A DNA stretch of 32,000 nt from Candidatus Heimdallarchaeota archaeon. GTDB lineage: Archaea > Asgardarchaeota > Heimdallarchaeia > JABLTI01. The DNA lies in NCBI GenBank assembly GCA_030614005.1, contig JAUWKS010000023.1, positions 17,414-49,413 of the forward strand, written 5' to 3'. The position numbers and the translations under genes are program-made. Each line of letters starts with the position of its first letter. Position 1 is the stretch's first letter. The notes beneath the pieces were generated by a model. That model was not told the origin of the DNA. It searched no databases and saw only the letters and a program-made list of their open reading frames with translations. Positions 1 through 9,100 of the stretch are shown piece by piece.

Positions 1-1
1 T

Positions 2-2266
2 GGAGGCGGAGTAAAGGTTGGAATTCTTGATACCGGTATCCGATCAAGTCATGTTGATTTAATTGGTAGAGTTGGTAAAAAACAAAGTTTCGTTTTAACA
101 ACTTATGGATATGATTATTCTGATACATCCAATGATGATTTTGTAGGACATGGAACCCATGTTGCTGGTATAGTTGGTGGAGATGGAACAGGTAATTCTC
201 AAAGAATAGGTATTGCTCCTTCAGTAACATTTTATGCAGCAAAAATTGGTGATCATCAAGAAGATGGTGCACCCGCAACACTCGCTTCAATGGTTGCTGG
301 TGCAAACTGGCTTGCTGCACAAGGTGCTGATGTTATCAATATGAGTTTTGGAGCAGGTGGAGAACCAAACGTCAATATTCTAGAAGCTGCTATTGCAAAT
401 GTCGTTAATAATAAAGGTATCAAATTTGTTCATTCAAATGGCAACGAAGGAGAAAATGGTGTTTATTCCACAGATTCCCCAACTGCAGCTATTTCTGTAG
501 GTGCAGCAGATGACTCTTCGTTCCCCTTAGATATGGCTTATTTCTCATCTCAAGGTCCAAATGCTGACAATACAATGAAACCAGATTTAATTGCCCCTGG
601 TTATGATATTTTATCTTGCAGTCATCTTTCAGATAGTAGTTATGTTTTAAAAAGTGGAACTTCTATGTCCGCGCCACAAATTGCTGGTGCAGCTGCTTTA
701 TTGGTTGATGTCTGTAAAACAGAAGGTATCTCATACAATCCTGGAGCAATTAAAAGTGCTTTGATGAGTACATCCGATCCATTACCATCATCTACATTTG
801 ATTACCTAATTCAGGGTAGAGGTATGGCTAATGTTGGTGCTGCAGCAACTTTGTTAATAAATGCTGACCAAGAAGGCACTCTCCCAATCATTGGTGCTTT
901 AAATCCACTTATGAATCCAGTTTCAATTTATGCTGAATTGCTTCAAGGTCAAGTGATTGAACAATTTGTAACTTGTGTATCTCCTTTTAGAGATGACAAT
1001 TTAACATTGGAAGTCACAGGTGATGCCGCAGATTTATTAGTATTAGACGAAGTTACTAATTTCTATTCAGCAACTGCAAGAGTAACCTATACGATTCCGG
1101 TAGAAACTGCACCTGGTACATACGAAGGAGAATTTACTTTCAAATACAAAGGTACCGTATTGGATATTGTTGATATTGAAATTACTGTTGTTCCAAGTCA
1201 TGGTGAACATAGAATGCTTCTAAATTATCGAACTACCGACTGGATGATCGATCACATGTATGGTCAATATAAACACTTTACCGCTGATTTAATAGCAAGA
1301 GGATGGGTTATCAGTGAACAAAGTGTTGTCCTTACTGCTGATATACTAAGTGATTATGAAGCAGTCTGGTTCCCAGATCCATTCAGCATTCGTTTTAATG
1401 ATGCAATGGTAAGTTCTACCTATAATCCTCTATCTACAGCTGAATTAACAGTATTAGATAATTTTGTAACTGCTGGTGGAAGTGTTTTCATTGATTTCAA
1501 TGGAAATGCCTATGATGAAGAAAACTCAGTAATTTATGGAACAAATGTAACTCACGTCAATGAATTTACAGAAAATTATGGTATACATGTTAGAGATGAT
1601 ATTTGGGGTTCACCTTCAACAATCATTGTAAACCCAGTAGGCAGTCATGCTCTCACTGCTGGAGTTACAGGGGTAGATCATTATGGATGTACTTTAGAAA
1701 CATCTGGTGATGCTGTTCAAGTCACTGAAATTTCTGCTGGATCACAGTATTCCACTCTTGCATATTACCAAGCTTCTTCTGGTGGTAGAGTAATTGTTAT
1801 GTCAACAAACTTCGCACTAGATACAGATGGTTATAAAAACAAATACAGTGGAAGTGGTACACAGAACGATATTTTCGGTCGAAATCTTGTCCGATGGGCA
1901 ACAGCAGAACATCGAATTAAACAATACAATTACACTTTCACTGCTGGAACAATGAACATGACTTACGAATACATAGGCGGTCCTGGTGCAGACTTTGGTG
2001 GATATGTTATCACACCTGATGAAACCCGTCACAACCTTACTTGGGTAGAATTATCCAGTGGTATGTGGTCATTCACTTATAATTGTGAAACCCTTGGTAC
2101 CTATCATTTCTATCCTGAATGTGGAGAAACTGGTGTTGACGAATTTGATTACCTACTCTTTGAGTGCATTGAAACGTTTAAGAGTGGATTTACACCAATA
2201 ATTCTAATTTCAATTAGTATTTTAGGATTAGCCGGTAGTTATCTCATTTCAAGACGAAAGAAGTAA
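2..2266 (+). CDS. S8 (subtilisin) serine protease, 5'-truncated by the window edge, with Ig-like and GATase1/GIFT-like C-terminal domains and a C-terminal TM anchor; Site-1-protease-like architecture
   Basis: The frame is open from base 2, not only from 290. Catalytic Asp in ILDTG (29-31), His in HGTHVAG (149-151), oxyanion Asn in SNGNEG, Ser in GTSMSAP (662-664). C-terminal hydrophobic helix plus RRKK. Confidence 0.95.
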   Translation, partial: [754 protein letters not shown]

Positions 2267-2274
2267 ACTTTGAT

Positions 2275-2310
2275 GCGAAACGAGTAAGCTCGTATTTCGC
2301 TTTTCTTTCC
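2275..2310 (+). terminator. Hairpin plus T-tract terminator after the protease gene
   Basis: GCGAAA-CGAG-taag-CTCG-ta-TTTCGC at 2275-2300, followed by T-rich runs. Confidence 0.6.
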
Positions 2311-2457
2311 TTTTTTTTCTATTTTTTTATTCTTTTAATTAGAGAGGAGACCATTTGCCGCAATTGAAAGTTTTTTACATCAACCATAGGACTTAATAAA
2401 TAAGTTGTTAAAATAAATTTGACAAACATTTAACGTCATAATAACATTTGTAGAAAA

Positions 2458-2841
2458 ATGAATGATGGAGATACCAAGTTGACATTTGAATCAGAAGCTG
2501 CAAGATTACAGAATGATGGTGTAGTAGGAGCGCTCGCTTTAGTAGGGGCTGATGGTGCTGTCCATTGGCAAACACAGAATTGGCAAGTAGATGGACCATC
2601 CATGATTGATTCATGGACAAAAAAAGCGCCTTGGATTGTAATACAAGGAATAAAATATTCAACAATAGACATTACAAATAGTCGAATGATTTGTACTAAC
2701 ACCCAACAGCAAGGACATATAGTTATTGCAAAAACTCCATTCTGGCAAGGTTTCGTGATGGCGTGGTGTTCACCTGCTCATCAAGTTAGATCTGCCTACG
2801 TTGATATTGCTCGTTTAGCATCTGAAGTGAAACCTGGTTAA
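2458..2841 (+). CDS. Asgard-type profilin
   Basis: Motifs ALALVGADG-x4-QTQNWQV, IQGIKYS and TNTQQQGHIVIA parallel Lokiarchaeal profilin as recalled (AIAIIGKDG..TENWNV, IQGIKYM, TNITGKGHILIA). Length 127 aa. Confidence 0.9.
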   Translation: MNDGDTKLTFESEAARLQNDGVVGALALVGADGAVHWQTQNWQVDGPSMIDSWTKKAPWIVIQGIKYSTIDITNSRMICTNTQQQGHIVIAKTPFWQGFVMAWCSPAHQVRSAYVDIARLASEVKPG

Positions 2842-2907
2842 TCATAAAACCAACATTCACTTTTTACTTATTTTAAATAATATTAAAAACCTTTTTTTTC
2901 TTCTTTC

Positions 2908-5900
2908 TTAATTATCTTGTCCAAAAATATTTGGATTTGAGAATATTTCTGTGGCGGTAATATATACAGTTCCTTTCTCTACTACTTGGATTCTCGAAAG
3001 ATCAATACCTGTAACAATCATTTTTGAAAGATAATGCCCGTATTCTGCTAATGTTTGTATTTTTCTTCCTACAACGAGTGTTTTCAAAATATTATGTGGA
3101 CATAATGAATCTCGTAACTCTACTCCAATGCTTCCGATTACTGAGTCTGAAATATCTGTCATAATTTGTTTTTCCACAGTTGCATTTGTGAAAAGTCCAA
3201 CCATTTCTCGAGATAATTTTTCAGAGATGAGAAGAACAGGTTTATCTGATAATGAAATTCCCAAACAGGTTCCCAAATGTCGACCATTTGTTGTTCGTAC
3301 ACGTAAGCATTCAATTGGAATTACTTCAGAAGGATGGAAAACTCGTGCTGAATTTTTCAAAGTAACTTTGTTTCTCTTGATACTATTGATGGATCCACCT
3401 GAAATAAATACTCTATAAGAGTTGAGAATTTCATGGGGAAGTATCGGAAAACCTCTTTGTAATGAATAGTTAATCAATGTCTTTGGTTTGAGAGCTTCGC
3501 CTTCTGGAAGGCGCAACTGCTTAGCAATGAGATATTTCAATAACCAAAGTCGTTCTGTTGGATCATCTTCAGAGATATTTAATCTCTGAACTAAATAATT
3601 GACAATTGATTTATCTGGTTGCTTTGTATCTACTAGAAAAATTTTCCCCATAAGTGGATGTTTCACTGAAGCAATGATTGTACCAAATGAAATTCCATGA
3701 TGAAATAGACAATTTTTACCTATCGGATTATTATCTTCATCATCGAAATCTTTAGCTAACCATGGAGCAGTTCTGTATGGTTTTTGTGGTAAAATCTCGT
3801 CTAAATTACAAATAATTGATCCTCTTTTTATTCTTATCTTATTGATTGGTACTAAGCCGAGAATTTCTGGCTTTCCAATTTTATCAGAGCTAGGGTAACT
3901 GATATTTCTAAAATTAGCGAATTCTTGTAACTTTGAAATGTGTAAAGCTACATCTCTTTCTATCTGTAATGAATCAACTACTTCCTGAATAACAAAGATT
4001 TTTCGTTTTGTCGCTGATTCCAATAGCTCTTCCGTAACCCAAAGTGGTTTGATTTGATCAAATATTTTATCAATAATTACTTGATCTCCAATAGGCTCTG
4101 TTACCAATGTATACCCGAGTTTATTTTTATCATAAACAACTGCTTCTTGTAAGTAACCATAAAATTCGCGTGAACCATCATCTTTTAGATTAAATAGAGC
4201 TTTCCCTGTTAATTTCCATGCTTCAGTAGCTGCTTCCAATAATTTTTCTGAAATCATAGACGTTTTTTGTGGTTTTACCAGATTTTCTTCGATAATTTGG
4301 CGAGAAGGACTTTTTACTTCTCCAGTTTCTTGTGGAGTTTGTATTGGTGGTGAAGCTTCCTCTACTGAAGAAGCAGTTAAGGGCGTGGAACTTACATCTA
4401 CATCCGGAATTGATGGTATCTCTGCAATAGCATCTATAGGTTTACTTGCTGGAATTTCTGTCTCAGTGGTTTCTATTGCATCTAATTCATCTGGTTGCAA
4501 AGCATTGATTTCTTTTACTTCAGTTATTTCACCAAATGTTTCACCTATTTCTTGAGCTTCAATAATGCGTTCAGAATCAATTTTTGCAGGTTTTGTAATA
4601 TCAGAAGTTTTTCGTTTTTCTACTTCCTCTGCTAAACTTGAGAAGGTTACTTTTGTTATTACTTGTTTGCTTTGTGTTTTTTGCACTTCTTTTGGTTTTG
4701 GTAGTTCTTCAACTTCCTTAACTTCCTTTGAATCCAAAAGTTTAGTTAGAAATTCTTCAAAAGAGTTGAGAATAACTTTTTCGGTTAACTCGTTCATCCT
4801 TTTTGGTGAACCTTTAATATTATATTGTAAATTAAAATCTTCCATACCAACAATTTCTAAATCAATATCAGGAGTAATTGTTAATTGAGGTGTTTGAGGT
4901 ATGCGTAATTTTGCATCTATTTCTTCCGATTCAAAAGGTATTTCATCTTCTTCACTAGTATCTTCAATATCTAATGTATCAATTAAAAAGAAAGTATTTT
5001 CAAACTTTTCTTCCTCAATTGACAAAGTTTCAATGAGTGGATCAGTTGCTATTTCAGAAGCTGCAATTTTGCTTTCATCTGCCGAATGAGATGAATGGGC
5101 ACTTGCACTAGAATCAACTTCAATCCCAAATTGATCTTCAACAAATAATTCGTGTGATTCATCCATTTTTAAATGGTCTTTATCTAAACGACATAAACAA
5201 TTATTGTAATTTTTAATATCCTTAGTTAATAATTTAATATAATCAAGAAGCTCATTTATTGTTTGTTGAAATTCGCGTAACTTTTTGAAATCAGGAAGAG
5301 AACCGATTTTTGATGAGGAACGAATTTCTAATTGAGTTGCTTTAAGTGTTGCAAGTAACTCTGCTAAGGCATCACGATATTTATTTCTTAAATTAATTTC
5401 TTTCTTTAAATCTGTAGAGATAGTTGATAATTCAGCATCGTTTGCAACACCATGACCATAAGAGAACTGCAAGAAGTTTTGCAAAGTAAATTTAAGTAGA
5501 TAACCTTTTGATGGATTTCGTTTCAGATATTTCTCTCGAGCACCAAACCGATTTCTGGCTAATCTGAGATCATATTCTAATGTTTCTAGTTTTCTGGCAG
5601 CCGAATCTTGATTTACTTTTTTCTCAGCTAATAAAATTTTTATTTTGTGCATATCATGCTCTAATTTCTTAACATTCCTCTCTAATTCACTAATTTCTCT
5701 ACGAATTTTAAGATGTCTAAAGAATGTTCGAGGAACTTTATAGTTGGGTATTAAGTCTTCAATTGATATTTTGCCAATTAAACTATTAGCACTCAGAGGG
5801 ATTTCCTTTGTATCTATTGCTTCTCGTAATTCTTCGTCTGTTAGTGCAGTTGCTTGTTGAAATTGTTGTTCTAATACTTGTATTTTAGTTTCGAAAACTT

Positions 5901-5985
5901 CAGAATCAATTTTCTCAAGAGCGTATTGCTTTTCGATTTCCATTATATCTTTAAGAATTTTAATCCTGGAGTTCATATGTTTCAT
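2908..5985 (-). CDS. Large protein of unknown function: N-terminal CdvA-like coiled coil, acidic disordered linker, three tandem split PRC-barrel-like modules
   Basis: ORF of more than 1,000 codons. The likely start is ATG 5985 or 5976; the track start TTG 6096 adds a low-complexity N-rich leader. Heptad-rich N-terminus, E/S/T/P-rich middle and a three-fold C-terminal repeat. The domain names are inference. Confidence 0.6.
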   Translation of the reverse strand: MKHMNSRIKILKDIMEIEKQYALEKIDSEVFETKIQVLEQQFQQATALTDEELREAIDTKEIPLSANSLIGKISIEDLIPNYKVPRTFFRHLKIRREISELERNVKKLEHDMHKIKILLAEKKVNQDSAARKLETLEYDLRLARNRFGAREKYLKRNPSKGYLLKFTLQNFLQFSYGHGVANDAELSTISTDLKKEINLRNKYRDALAELLATLKATQLEIRSSSKIGSLPDFKKLREFQQTINELLDYIKLLTKDIKNYNNCLCRLDKDHLKMDESHELFVEDQFGIEVDSSASAHSSHSADESKIAASEIATDPLIETLSIEEEKFENTFFLIDTLDIEDTSEEDEIPFESEEIDAKLRIPQTPQLTITPDIDLEIVGMEDFNLQYNIKGSPKRMNELTEKVILNSFEEFLTKLLDSKEVKEVEELPKPKEVQKTQSKQVITKVTFSSLAEEVEKRKTSDITKPAKIDSERIIEAQEIGETFGEITEVKEINALQPDELDAIETTETEIPASKPIDAIAEIPSIPDVDVSSTPLTASSVEEASPPIQTPQETGEVKSPSRQIIEENLVKPQKTSMISEKLLEAATEAWKLTGKALFNLKDDGSREFYGYLQEAVVYDKNKLGYTLVTEPIGDQVIIDKIFDQIKPLWVTEELLESATKRKIFVIQEVVDSLQIERDVALHISKLQEFANFRNISYPSSDKIGKPEILGLVPINKIRIKRGSIICNLDEILPQKPYRTAPWLAKDFDDEDNNPIGKNCLFHHGISFGTIIASVKHPLMGKIFLVDTKQPDKSIVNYLVQRLNISEDDPTERLWLLKYLIAKQLRLPEGEALKPKTLINYSLQRGFPILPHEILNSYRVFISGGSINSIKRNKVTLKNSARVFHPSEVIPIECLRVRTTNGRHLGTCLGISLSDKPVLLISEKLSREMVGLFTNATVEKQIMTDISDSVIGSIGVELRDSLCPHNILKTLVVGRKIQTLAEYGHYLSKMIVTGIDLSRIQVVEKGTVYITATEIFSNPNIFGQDN

Positions 5986-6164
5986 TTCCCAGTGTCTTTT
6001 ATTATTATTATTATCTTGTTCTTTATGCTTTAATAAATCTAACATATTGAATTTAATGTTCACAGCATATTTACTATTATATGAGTCTTTCAGCAAGCTC
6101 AGAAAATAATTAAATAAGATAAAGGTTTTTTAATATCCCATATTAATTTAGTAACTCTTTTGGT

Positions 6165-6938
6165 TTGAAAAATATGAGCTTCATTGAATGGTACAATAAT
6201 TATCAAGATTGGATAATGCTTGTGTGCATGATTGTTGTTTTAGTAGTTATCCTTGCTGTGTTCTATTTGTTAAGCAAAAAGGGAATGGATGTTTTTTTTA
6301 CACGAAAAGGAGTTCACATTTCTGGAGGATGTTATTCCTTCTTTTGGCTTATGGCTTCTGATAATAGTTGGGCAAGATGGGTTGGTGCAATCTTACCATT
6401 TGTTACAGCAATCATTTTCTTGTTTATTGGGTTGAAAGTTATACCTGGTCGTTTTATGGTAGATAGCATGTCCCGAACAGGCGAGCCATTTGATTTAATT
6501 AAAGGAACTCTATTTTATGCATTAGTAATGACTTTGCTTTGTATCTTTATTTGGAAAGATCAACCATGGGGTTTGATCATTATTATGACCATTGCTTGGG
6601 GAGATGGTATAGCTCCAATAGCAGGTAGATATTTTGGAAAACATAAGTATCGCACTATTGGTGGAGTAGAAAAATCTCTAGAAGGGAGCATTGCTATGTT
6701 CATTTTTTCTGTAGCTTTCAGTTATCTCATTGTCTTTTTATTCGGTTTTGTTCATGGAGAGAATTGGTTATTTGGAGCAATTTATCCCTGGCTCTGGGGG
6801 AAAATACTCATACTAGCATTTGCTGCTACAATAGCAGAAGGTTTAAGCCCGACAGATTTTGATAATCTGACTGTTCCAATAGTTATGGTTTTAATTTCTT
6901 GGGCAATGGGACTTCAATGGTTAAATCCCTTATTATAA
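6165..6938 (+). CDS. CTP-dependent polyprenol kinase (phytol/farnesol kinase VTE5/FOLK-like; dolichol kinase superfamily), integral membrane
   Basis: RKGVHI, SMSRTGEPFDLIKGTLFYAL, WGDGIAPIAGRYFGKHKY, KSLEGSIAMF and multiple TM helices. Start is TTG 6165 or ATG 6174. Confidence 0.85.
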   Translation: MKNMSFIEWYNNYQDWIMLVCMIVVLVVILAVFYLLSKKGMDVFFTRKGVHISGGCYSFFWLMASDNSWARWVGAILPFVTAIIFLFIGLKVIPGRFMVDSMSRTGEPFDLIKGTLFYALVMTLLCIFIWKDQPWGLIIIMTIAWGDGIAPIAGRYFGKHKYRTIGGVEKSLEGSIAMFIFSVAFSYLIVFLFGFVHGENWLFGAIYPWLWGKILILAFAATIAEGLSPTDFDNLTVPIVMVLISWAMGLQWLNPLL

Positions 6939-6949
6939 AAAAAGGAGAA

Positions 6950-7435
6950 TCATTGAAGATTCTCTATAATATAAAGTAACTCTTCTTCGAGTGTTTCTTT
7001 GTGTTCTGGATTTTCAATCATTTCTCCTACTTGAACGCCCTCTGAATTAAGTATATAGAAGGTTGGAATTTTGCGAAGATCAAAATCATCTACTTCGGGA
7101 GGTGATGGTGGAACTCTCCATCTGATATCAGGATCTAAAGGTGCAGTCTTTATACCTCCGAAAAAGATTACATCAATATCAGGTTGCTTTTCCAAAATTT
7201 TTGCTAATGCTGCAACATTCGTTTTGCAATCTTTACACCAAACAGCAGAAAAAACAACAAAAGTGTATCCCTTAGCTTTTTCAGCAAGAGCTGCAATTAC
7301 ATCCTCTTTTGGTTCATATGATTCACAGTTGGTTTTTATTTCTTCACCACTCTTTCCTTCTAAACAACTCATATAATCATCGACTGATTTACCATTTTTC
7401 TTAAGTTGAGCTAAATCGTGTTTTTGTTTTACCAT
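6950..7435 (-). CDS. Thioredoxin-fold protein (WCKDC)
   Basis: VVFSAVWCKDC CxxC motif after a beta strand; cis-Pro motif RKIPTF; 161 aa. Confidence 0.88.
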   Translation of the reverse strand: MVKQKHDLAQLKKNGKSVDDYMSCLEGKSGEEIKTNCESYEPKEDVIAALAEKAKGYTFVVFSAVWCKDCKTNVAALAKILEKQPDIDVIFFGGIKTAPLDPDIRWRVPPSPPEVDDFDLRKIPTFYILNSEGVQVGEMIENPEHKETLEEELLYIIENLQ

Positions 7436-7516
7436 TTCAAATTCTCCTAATATTTACAAAACTAATTTTGTTATAACTTTACTATTAATAATAGTTCTTT
7501 CTTTGATATTGAGATA

Positions 7517-8950
7517 TTATCTTCTTTTTTGTTTAGATATTAATCTAAAAGTAGTTAAAAACAGCGTTATAACAATAAATATTGAAGTCGAAAAAACAAT
7601 ACCAATACTTGCAACAGTGTTTGTAATATGAGTGCTGTTTGTTGTTGGAGTTGGGGAAGGTATTTCCGGCAATGTTATTGGTGGCGAAATTTCAACATCA
7701 GGGAAATCAGATGCATTAAGAGGATCTGTATTGAAGTAAATTTCAAAACCATCGTAATATTGATCTCCATCTGTATCGTTTTCTGTTTTATTAGTACCAT
7801 GAACTTCTTCTTGAATATCTGCAAGTAAATCATTGTCAGAGTCTACACCAAGTATCTCGAGACCATCTGAACCATCTGCAACAAATATCAGATTATTACT
7901 TCCATAAAGTCCAATATCTGTATTATATGAAGTACCTCCATCTGAATAATAACCTCTTAATTCAATAGTAAACAAATCGTAAACACAATATTCAATGCCA
8001 TCCCAGGAATCTGAAACAATCACACCATCGATATAAGGAGTGAAATCATTTGCATAGCCACTATCACTGAAAAATGCAAGTGTTTGAGGATCAAACCACC
8101 CTCCAGACCAATAAGCATAACTAATGCCATTCTCACCATTAGCAATCCAAGAAATATGCGTTCCAGAATTATTTGTACTGTAAACACCATTTGTATTGTA
8201 CGAATATGAAATATAGTTTTCATAAGCAGGTAAGGAAGGGTTTGATATATCGAAATAAATTATTCCGAGAGAACCATATGCCAAAGCAAGAATATCTAAT
8301 TCCTCGCTAACAGAAAGATCATGGGCAAATGCTCCTACAATATCAAAAGATATTGCATGCAATTTTTGAATCGAATAAAGATTTTCTATAACATAAATTT
8401 CTAACCCATCGGAACCATCTGCTAAGTAAAGAATATCACCAATAATTTCAAGTTCTTGAGCGTTTCCTCCATCAAAATAGGAATTCACTTGCTCAATATT
8501 CATTGGATTAGAAATATTTAGGATAACTATGCCTGCAAGTCCATTAGCAACAAAAAGTAAGTCATTATGTTTTATTATAGAATTTGGGTTGCTAGTAAGT
8601 GCAATTGAATTTATTTCAACCGGATTGAAGATGTCTGTAGAATTTATTACTCTGATTTTGTTGGAATAACAAGAAATATAGCTAATATTTCCATCTACTA
8701 AAACATCTATTGCTTCATCGTCGTTAAAAACCAACTCACTCAACTTCCAAAAACCAGAACTTTTTACATTTGGAATAATATTGAATTCATTAGAGAAAAT
8801 ACTTACTTCCTCATTGGTTCTTCCAGAAATTATTGTAGTAGTATTCGAATAATTTGGTGCAAAACTAAATACTGAACAGAAAAGAGAAATAATTACTACT
8901 CTTTTGTATAGAAATTGAATAGTATGCATTTGGATATTCTTTGCACTCAT
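7517..8950 (-). CDS. Cell-surface protein: signal peptide, LVIVD-repeat beta-propeller, two TSP3-like Ca-binding repeats, P/T linker, C-terminal TM anchor
   Basis: Repeated [L/V]Y[L/V]A[D/N]GxxG[L/I]xI motifs; DSDNDLLADIQEE and DTDGDQYYDGFE; C-terminal hydrophobic helix plus KQKRR. Confidence 0.85.
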   Translation of the reverse strand: MSAKNIQMHTIQFLYKRVVIISLFCSVFSFAPNYSNTTTIISGRTNEEVSIFSNEFNIIPNVKSSGFWKLSELVFNDDEAIDVLVDGNISYISCYSNKIRVINSTDIFNPVEINSIALTSNPNSIIKHNDLLFVANGLAGIVILNISNPMNIEQVNSYFDGGNAQELEIIGDILYLADGSDGLEIYVIENLYSIQKLHAISFDIVGAFAHDLSVSEELDILALAYGSLGIIYFDISNPSLPAYENYISYSYNTNGVYSTNNSGTHISWIANGENGISYAYWSGGWFDPQTLAFFSDSGYANDFTPYIDGVIVSDSWDGIEYCVYDLFTIELRGYYSDGGTSYNTDIGLYGSNNLIFVADGSDGLEILGVDSDNDLLADIQEEVHGTNKTENDTDGDQYYDGFEIYFNTDPLNASDFPDVEISPPITLPEIPSPTPTTNSTHITNTVASIGIVFSTSIFIVITLFLTTFRLISKQKRR

Positions 8951-9100
8951 AATAAACAGTGGAATTTACTCAAGTTCTAAATAATAAATCATCGTTTTGG
9001 TCTCAGAAAGAATTTCCGCTTTTTTTCGGAATTTTTAAAAAGAATAAAATATACTTTATGATTATAAAACAATTGTTTAAAGAAAAGAGAGCTGTAAAAT

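Noticed and set aside
5986-6096. Extended N-terminus of the 1062-aa ORF from TTG 6096
   Set aside because: It encodes a low-complexity N/K-rich peptide over the AT-rich divergent promoter region; ATG 5985 or 5976 is more plausible.
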